Positions 55,240 to 64,000 of a stretch of DNA of 64,000 bases are shown here, one piece after another. Below the pieces are notes generated by a model, which saw only the letters and a list, made by a program, of their open reading frames with translations, had not been told where the DNA came from and searched no databases. Numbering within the stretch: position 1 is the stretch's first letter; every line of letters begins with the position of its first letter. Origin of the DNA: Octopus vulgaris (taxonomy: Eukaryota); assembly GCA_951406725.2 (NCBI GenBank), contig OX597824.1, forward strand, positions 26,970,001 through 27,034,000. The letters run 5' to 3'. Position numbers and translations under genes: made by a program.

Positions 55240-56040
55240 AAGGCGGCGAGCTGGAGGAACCGTTAGCACGCTTAGCGGTATTTCGTCTGCCCTTTACGTT
55301 CTTAGTTCAAATTTCGCCGAGGTCGACTTTGCCCTTCATCCTTTCGGGGTCGATAAATTAAGTACCAGTTACGCACTGGGGTCGATGTAATCCACTTAAT
55401 CCGTTTGTCTGTCCTTGTTTGTCCCTTATGTGTTTAGCCCCTTGTGGGTAGTGAAGAAATAGGTATTTCGTCTGCCGCTACGTTCTGAGTTCAAATTCCG
55501 CCGAGATCAACTTTGCCTTTCATCCTTTCGGGGTCGATTAAATAAGTACCAGTTACGCACTGGAGTCGACATAATCCATTTAATCCGTTTGTCTGTCCTT
55601 GTTTGTCCTCTCTTTGTTTAGCCCTTGTGGGTAGTGAAGAAATAGGTATTTCGTCTGCCGCTACGTTCTGAGTTCAAATTCCGCCGAGGTCAACTTTGCC
55701 TTTCATCCTTTCGGGGTCGATTAAATAAGTACTAGTTACGCACTGAGATCGATATAATCGACTTAATCCCTTCCCTCAAATTTAAGGCTTTGTGCTTCCA
55801 ATAGAAAGTATTATTATTTTTCTGATTGAGGTGACGAACTGGCAGAACCGTTAGCACGCTGGACGAAATGCTTAGCTGTATTTCGCCCGATGTTACGTTC
55901 TGAGTTCAAATTCCACCGAGGTCGACTTTGCCTTTCATCCTTTCGGGGTCGATAAATTAAGTACCAGTTGAACACTATGGTCGATATAATCGACTCATCT
56001 CCACCTCTCCCAAGCTGCTCTTGTGCCAAAAATTTGAAAT
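55240..56040 (+). mobile_element. SINE family B trimer followed by a monomer
   Basis: Units starting gtatttcgtctgcc at about 55278, 55463 and 55647 (~184-bp period); a separate copy runs 55829-56040. Confidence 0.92.
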
Positions 56041-56512
56041 GATTATTATTTTTCAGAAGCCCCAATATTTTAAATCAAAACAATTCCTTGTTGGATGAAG
56101 CCTGTTCTGTTCTATTTACTTATTTTTGTGCTTTGGTCTGGTTAACGAATTGGCAGTGCATTGACGCAGTCGTTAAAGAATTGCCTCACGGTATTCCTTC
56201 TCATGCTTTCTGATATTTCTTAAACTCTCCAAAAGGTAAACTTTGATTTCCAAGGTGCCAGGCTCAATACCAGACCAGCATAGATAAGAGGTGAAACACT
56301 TAGAATTATGCAGGATACCTTGCGGCATCTCATCTAGCATTTTTCAATCTGCCTGCACCGTTATCCGCGTGTATGGTACGTTTTGGTGCAGCCGTTTTGA
56401 CATCGCGTATTTCGCGCTACTGATTCGACGCTGATTTGTTTCACATCAAACATTTTAATGTTTCTCTCGGTCTCTCTATCCTTCCTTCTCCTCCTCCCCT
56501 CTCCTTCTCTCT

Positions 56513-56599
<87 letters not shown>

Positions 56600-56684
56600 C
56601 CTAGCTTCATTAGACTTTGCATTGTCATCCTTCCTGACATCGTCGTTAAAGAGAGTTCTATGCATAAGACAACGCCAGTTTCAC

Positions 56685-57065
56685 ACACAGAAACGCGTGT
56701 ACACACAGAAACACACGCGCACACACACTCATACATAGATAGGCACACACACACACATACACATACACACACACAGACACACAGACACACACACACACAC
56801 ACACACAGAGAAACACGTGTACACACAGAAACACACGCGCGCACACACTCATACATAGATAGGCACACACATACACAGACACACACACACACACACACAC
56901 ACACAGAGAGAAACACGTGTACACACAGAAACACACGCGCACACACACTCATACATAGATAGGCACACACATACACAGACACACACACACACACACACAG
57001 AAACACGTGTACACACAGAAACACGTGCACACACAGAAACACACTCGCTCACACACTCATGTACA
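56685..57065. repeat. CA-derived minisatellite (~100-120 bp units, 3-4 copies)
   Basis: agaaacacgtgtacacacagaaacacacgcgc..cactcatacatagataggcacacac repeated. Confidence 0.9.
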
Positions 57066-57149
57066 GATATGCACACGCACACACACACACACACACACAC
57101 ATACATAGCCATCTCATTCTTGGTCTATACCCAGATTTCGTGCTAGTTG

Positions 57150-57380
57150 GTTCGGCTCGAAATATCCGTCTTTCAGTCCTTTTCTACGACTTTGTAATCA
57201 CATGTACTTAGTACCGTAGTTGCGATTCCTCGATGTAATGTAATGAATGGCTCAGCCCAGAAAAACTCCCAGATCTCTGAAATACGCACCCTGACGAGTA
57301 ATCTTTTATTAAAGACCGTTCGAAGAAACTCCATGTCGACCGTTTGTATTCGCAATTGTATTCTTTCGTGGGTTAAAGTC
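57150..57380 (-). mobile_element. Decayed RTE-like LINE fragment
   Basis: RIQTVDMEFLRTVFNKRLLVRVRISEI..AEP resembles the RTE RIQAAEM.FLR..L.DRVRSSEIRE motif. Confidence 0.65.
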
Positions 57381-57734
57381 TGTTGGAAAAAGGATCGATG
57401 ATCAGATTCAGACCAGAAACCCTGCCAAAATAGACGTAGCAGATTAATTAATCTACCTCACGAGAATAGGAACATTCTCACTATTGAGCCGTTAAGCAAT
57501 TTCCATCAAACGGTTTAACCGACAAAAGTTGAGGGTAACGTAAGGCTTAGGTAGATAACTCTTGATGAAGGGGATAGAGCTGTGATTTTAAGTGATTTGA
57601 AAAGAAAACAAGACTTTTTAACGAAGGAGATTGCTATATTATTGTTCGAAATTCAAATAGCATAAACCTTTAAAAGTATTTGATTTCTCAAAATCGAGAT
57701 GCTCACATTCAGTTATATGCGCACGCGCACGCAC

Positions 57735-57776
<42 letters not shown>

Positions 57777-57968
57777 ACACACACATACACGGATACATAT
57801 CTATCTATCTGTCTGCCTGTCTCTGTCTCTCTCTTCACCCTCCTCTCTCTCTATATATATAAAATGTGTTTGAACATACGAGTTCACATAAATAATCCTG
57901 CAAACCCGATAAACATACATATATCTATATATGTATGTATGTATATATATATACATATATATATATGC

Positions 57969-58002
<34 letters not shown>

Positions 58003-58003
<1 letters not shown>

Positions 58004-58196
58004 AGATCTTTAGCCACTACACACATTTTTCCCCTTGTTTCTCTCCTTGTTTTTGACTGTGTCCCTTTCTGTAGAAGAGCGCAGGCTCGAAACGTAAAAT
58101 ACTTTTTCTATTCCTGAGCGTTATACTAATACATCTGTTTGTTTTGTACATCACCTGTCTTTGCTTTTGTTTTCCCCGTAGACTCTCCCTATATTA

Positions 58197-58200
<4 letters not shown>
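58003..58200 (+). mobile_element. Penelope-related short element in (TA)n with hammerhead-like motif (A6U)
   Basis: ttt-CTGTAGA-a-gagc-gcag-gctc-GAAA-cGTA-aaa at 58066-58099; then ttcctgagcg. Confidence 0.7.
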
Positions 58201-58264
<64 letters not shown>

Positions 58265-58576
58265 TGTATATATGAATGCATGTATGTAGACACACATACA
58301 CTCACACATCCACACGCATTCATCCATATATTTTCCTGCCTGTGTGTGCTTGTGTGGTTAAATATGAGTGCAGTTGTTTGCAAGATTTAAATAAGAAAAG
58401 TGTTTTTTACAGCATTACCTCATAGTCTACCCGAGTTAACATGCATATAAAACCAGTATATCCTTCGATCAATGAATCAATCCATCTATCTATCTATCGA
58501 TCAATCAATCAATCTATCTATTTATCTATATGTCTGTCTGTCTATCTATCAATCTAGCTAGCTGGCTAGCTGTCTG

Positions 58577-58658
<82 letters not shown>

Positions 58659-58704
58659 AATCTATCTATCTATCTATCAATCTATCTATCTATCAATCAA
58701 TCTA

Positions 58705-58756
<52 letters not shown>

Positions 58757-58765
58757 AGTCAATCA

Positions 58766-58803
<38 letters not shown>

Positions 58804-58989
58804 GTATCTATTCAAACCTACAACTACATGCAATTCATTCATTTACCTTCTACCTATCGCACGCACATATTTGTATATAAGTCTATATGCAACAACACGA
58901 GCCTAAACTAGAAATCCCTACACAGGCATTACCCTGAATACAATTAGAATCACTATGAAGGACAATCTCGCAATACCAACTTTGATATA

Positions 58990-59140
58990 CAGAATCGTTA
59001 GCACGACAGGCAAATTGCTTAGCAACATTTCGTGCGTCTTTAAATTTCTGAGTTCAAATTCTGCTGGGGTCCTCTTTGCCCTTCATCCTTTCAGGGAACG
59101 ATAAAATAAGTACCAGTTGCGCCTTGTGCCAAAATTTGAA
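58990..59140 (+). mobile_element. SINE family B fragment
   Basis: gaatcgttagcacg..tgagttcaaattc..tttgcccttcatcctttc..aagtaccag. Confidence 0.7.
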
Positions 59141-59334
59141 ACAACAAAGCCGCCATGAACACGAAAAACCAAGAACCACAAAATGTGACCGCAGGCGCGG
59201 GTGTGTGTCTCATGCATGCGTATGTGTGTGTGTCTGTGTGCGTATAACTGTGTGTTGTACGTGCGTGTATAACCCAGCGTGTGTATGTGGGGGTGCATGG
59301 TATCTATCTTCATATAAAACACGGATATTTGTTT

Positions 59335-59775
59335 CCTTTAACCGTCATTAGAATGAGGCCATGCTACAGCCCTGTAATGAAGAATTGTAGTTGAACGAAT
59401 TCACACCAGAATTTATTTATTTATCTATTTTCAAAGACTGCTACTTATTCTATCGGCCACTTTTTGCCGAACTGCTAAGTTACGGGGGTCGCAAACATAT
59501 CACTACCGGCGACCGGTTGTCCAATAGTGGTGAGGTACGAATACAACCATAAAGACAAACTCATACACACACATACACACACGCACGCACACACACACAC
59601 ACACACACACATACACGACGGGCTTCATTCAGTTTCCCTCTACCAAATCCACTCACAAGGATTTGGTTGGCCTGAGACTATAATAAAAGACACTCCCCAA
59701 ATGATCCACGCGGCGGGACTGAACCCACAACCATGTGCTAAGCAAGCAAACCTCTTACCACACAGCCACGTCTAG
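59335..59775 (-). mobile_element. SINE family A
   Basis: ggccatgct..tttgccgaactgctaagttacggg..gacgggcttc..gggactgaaccc..ttaccacacagccac. Confidence 0.85.
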
Positions 59776-60063
59776 GCCTGCATTTTGTCTACAATAACGA
59801 TCTTTCAGAGGAGAGTGCTCAACAATTTAGCCGTGAATGCAACATCATTCGGGGCTATGAGTGACATATTAATGAAATATAAGAAAGGATATAAGGACAC
59901 CCTTTTCTTTATCATTAAATATAACTGAAGCGATCGTTTATTAATTGGAAGGTGTGTGTATTTATATATATACAGACGTGTGTCTCGCGTAAATGTGTGC
60001 GTGTATATACGTGCGCTCAAGAAAGTATAACTATCTGCGTGTGTGTGTGTGTGTGTGTGTGTG

Positions 60064-60104
<41 letters not shown>

Positions 60105-60108
<4 letters not shown>

Positions 60109-60281
60109 ACAATCAAGGAACGGCCATAATAGGCCGTTCACCCACTAGAAAAGAAATTACAGGGTAAATGTTTTTTAAATTTTCTCCTGGTTTACAGAAT
60201 TAACTTTTATTTGCGGTTGAAGCTTTGGCTGTTATTTCTAGTGGGTGAACGGCCTATTATGGCCGTTCCTTGATTGTTGAT
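60105..60281. repeat. Perfect 47-bp inverted repeat with 83-bp spacer
   Basis: 60105-60151 is the exact reverse complement of 60235-60281; each arm has an internal hairpin gaacggcc/ggccgttc. Confidence 0.95.
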
Positions 60282-60378
60282 GTTGAACTTAAAAATGGTC
60301 TATGACTATTTAATTTTTTCCTACTAGGCCGCTGGTGGCAAGAGAATTCTACAAAATTTTTTTTGCCACCCTATATTG

Positions 60379-60413
<35 letters not shown>

Positions 60414-61449
60414 TTATCTATCTATCTATCTACATATATGTGAGTTTGAACGTGCGTGTGTGCGCGTATGTGTATGTGCATAATATACATATGTATATGT
60501 ATATATATATATATTGTATATATATATATGCAGCACAGACATATATGTGGATAGACTGATAAATAAATAGATCCATGCATTCATCTATTCATTAATATAC
60601 GTATATATATACACACAAATGTATATATATATATATACATATTACACATGCACGCACACACGCACACACACACATATATGTAGATAGATAGATAGATAGA
60701 TCCATGCATTTATCTGTTCATTGATATATATATATGTATATATATATATATGTATGTATGTATATATATATATTTGTATACATGTAACTATACACCCGTG
60801 TAACATGTATATATATGTGTGTGTGTGTGTATATATATATATATACTATACACGCACACACTTATACATGTGTGTAGGGTGTATGCAAATATATACATAT
60901 ATATGATTTATTATACAGCTCATATGTGACAATATATATATATATATATACCATGTATCTATGTGCATATCTGTGTATATTTCTATGTATATAGTATTAT
61001 ACATTATGTTATACTATATCTTTGTTGTTGCGCTTGTTATTGATGTTGTAGTAGTTATTTTTGTTATTGGTGGTGGTGATGGTGGTGTGCGTGATTGTGT
61101 TTTTGTGTGTGTGTGTGTATGTGTGTGTGTGTGTGTGTGTGTATGTTGAACATTTTTGTGGAATATTAAATGTAAATATTCATCGTCAATTGTGCATTTT
61201 CATCCAACGTCATCAAGCAACGCGTTGCAATATAGTTATAGAAATGTGTCCATACATATCCAATCATTCCTATATACATCCATTCATCCATTCATACATA
61301 CATGCATTCACACATACGTACATACGTACATACATGCATACATGCGTACATACACACATGTTCATTTCGTAAATATATACATAAATATACGAATATATGT
61401 ATATATGTGGATATATATGCGTATGTATTATCTATCTATCTATCTATCA

Positions 61450-61505
<56 letters not shown>

Positions 61506-61556
61506 GTCTGTCTGTCTCTCTGACTATGTATGTATCTCTGTCTGTCTGTCTGTCTT

Positions 61557-61614
<58 letters not shown>

Positions 61615-61750
61615 CATACATAAATATATATATATATATATGTAGTTATGTCTATATATCTATGTATACACACAAACACGCATACACATATATGTGGATA
61701 CGTCTATATATATATATATAGGTATACACACATACATATGTATGTATATG

Positions 61751-61781
<31 letters not shown>

Positions 61782-61849
61782 CAGTGGCCATGTATATATA
61801 GTTATGTATGTATATAGATATATACACACACTCACACACATTTATATAT

Positions 61850-61887
<38 letters not shown>

Positions 61888-62028
61888 ATACATGTATATG
61901 TCAACTTCTCAGCTTCTATTTTCTATATCCACGTTGCATGCGTACGTATACACAATGTCTCCTGAAAACGTGTCTGTATGTGTCTATCTATATACGTAAA
62001 TGTGAACATTTACAATCGCGACTGTTGC

Positions 62029-62146
<118 letters not shown>

Positions 62147-62608
62147 CATATATATATATATTTGTTTATGCCTATCTATGAAGTCTTCTTTATTTCTATA
62201 ACATTGTGACTATATGCTCATGCGTGTACACACACTTATTCCCGAATATTTATCAAATGTATAAATGTGAAAAGGTGTGTAAGGCTGTGTGTGAGTAGGG
62301 GTGCTGGTGTTTGTTTGTTTGTTTGTTTGTTTGTTTAGGTTTATGCATGAATTTGGGGTTTAATCTTTTTTCGAATTTTTTTTTTTTTTTTTTTTTTTTC
62401 TGTTCATAAACATTCGTGAAGATATAAAAAAAAAAGGAACTCGCGGAGGATCGTAAGCGTGAATACATCTCCTCCTATAATAAGCAGGTTCTTTTTTTTT
62501 TTTTTAATATTTTATAAACACACGCACATATTTGTGCTTGCGCGACTGTGTGCCAGTATATATCTATGTGTATGTGTGTGTGTGTGTGTGTATATACATA
62601 TATGTTGT

Positions 62609-62682
<74 letters not shown>

Positions 62683-62736
62683 AATATATATAAATGCATA
62701 TACATATATATACATATATATATCATATATATATAT

Positions 62737-62788
<52 letters not shown>

Positions 62789-62966
62789 TCGTCATTCTCT
62801 TTCCCTTTTAACAGATTCATCACCGAGTCGTGTCGAAGGAAGTCTAACGGCACATATAAAACATACAAATAGACGGTAAATAATTAAATGCGTGTATTTC
62901 TTATATACATATATATGTTTATATACATACATGCATACATGTATACATACATACATGCATACATAC

Positions 62967-63006
<40 letters not shown>

Positions 63007-63107
63007 TTTTTTTTATGTGTTTTACATATTTCAATAAATGAGTGTACACAAAAGAACACGTATGTATGTATCTATGTATGTATGAATATATGTATATATA
63101 AATATGA

Positions 63108-63140
<33 letters not shown>

Positions 63141-63626
63141 TGTATGTATGTATGTATGTATGTATGTATGTATGTATGTATGTATGTATGTATGTATACA
63201 TATATGTGTGTGTGCGTGTCTATAGGGATAGAGGAGAGAAGTAGAGAAAGTAAGCAATTGAATGACATATCCTCATTATCGATATACCAAGAGATTTACA
63301 CAACTGCGAAGTGGCATATTTTTCCTTAAGACGCAAATTTAGTACGATGACTTATAAAATATATATGCATACATACATACATATATACATACATACATAC
63401 ATACATACATACATACATACATACATACATACATACATACATACATACATACATACATACATGCATATGTATATATGTGTGTGTATATATATACATGCAT
63501 ATATAAAACATGTGTGTGTATATATGTAGCTAGATAGAAAGAGATACAAACATATGCATATATATATATATAAACACATACACATATGTATATATAGAGA
63601 GACAGACGGATAACGGACAGACAAAC

Positions 63627-63700
<74 letters not shown>

Positions 63701-63702
63701 GC

Positions 63703-63753
<51 letters not shown>

Positions 63754-64000
63754 CATAAATTTTTTTAAGTAAGGTGCATATATTTCAGGGAGGTTGTGGA
63801 CTTATGCCTTTCCCAAACCCCTTATAACTGACTAGATATGTTCAATACGATAGTAGTAAATCTCCGCAATATTTTGCTTCATTTCTAATGTATTTTTTAT
63901 ATAAATACATGCATGAATATTTTGATTATTCTCTCTATGTGTCCCTTTGTCTGTCTATCTATCTATGTGTATATGCGTGTGTGCGTGTGTGAGTATATAT

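Noticed and set aside
55240-55810. CRISPR-like repeat array (also 3570-3700, 56685-57065)
   Set aside because: Whole units repeat with no unique spacers; no cas genes; eukaryotic SINE/minisatellite origin

Overview
AT-rich, repeat-saturated eukaryotic non-coding DNA (intron or intergenic). The tRNA-derived SINE families and dense (TA)n/(CA)n/(GATA)n/(TACA)n microsatellites strongly suggest an octopus (cephalopod) genome. No intact protein-coding gene, RNA gene or CRISPR array is supportable; nearly all ORF-track entries are microsatellite translations. Real coding remnants are all transposon-derived: a Penelope-like GIY-YIG fragment with an inverted pseudo-LTR, two mariner derivatives, a CR1/L2-group LINE 3' end and three RTE-like fragments. 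There are also non-autonomous Helitrons, Tigger/hAT/Tc1-type MITEs and several SINE families. The most interesting signal is a dispersed set of minimal hammerhead-ribozyme motifs (at least 6) in Penelope-related short elements. Their catalytic core covaries at the 3-8 tertiary pair (C-G, U-A, A-U), and one sits downstream of a tRNA-like SINE head. Also notable: a ~350-bp composite copied 43 kb away, fold-back elements and multimeric SINEs. All alignments were made by eye; element boundaries are approximate unless TSDs/TIRs are quoted.
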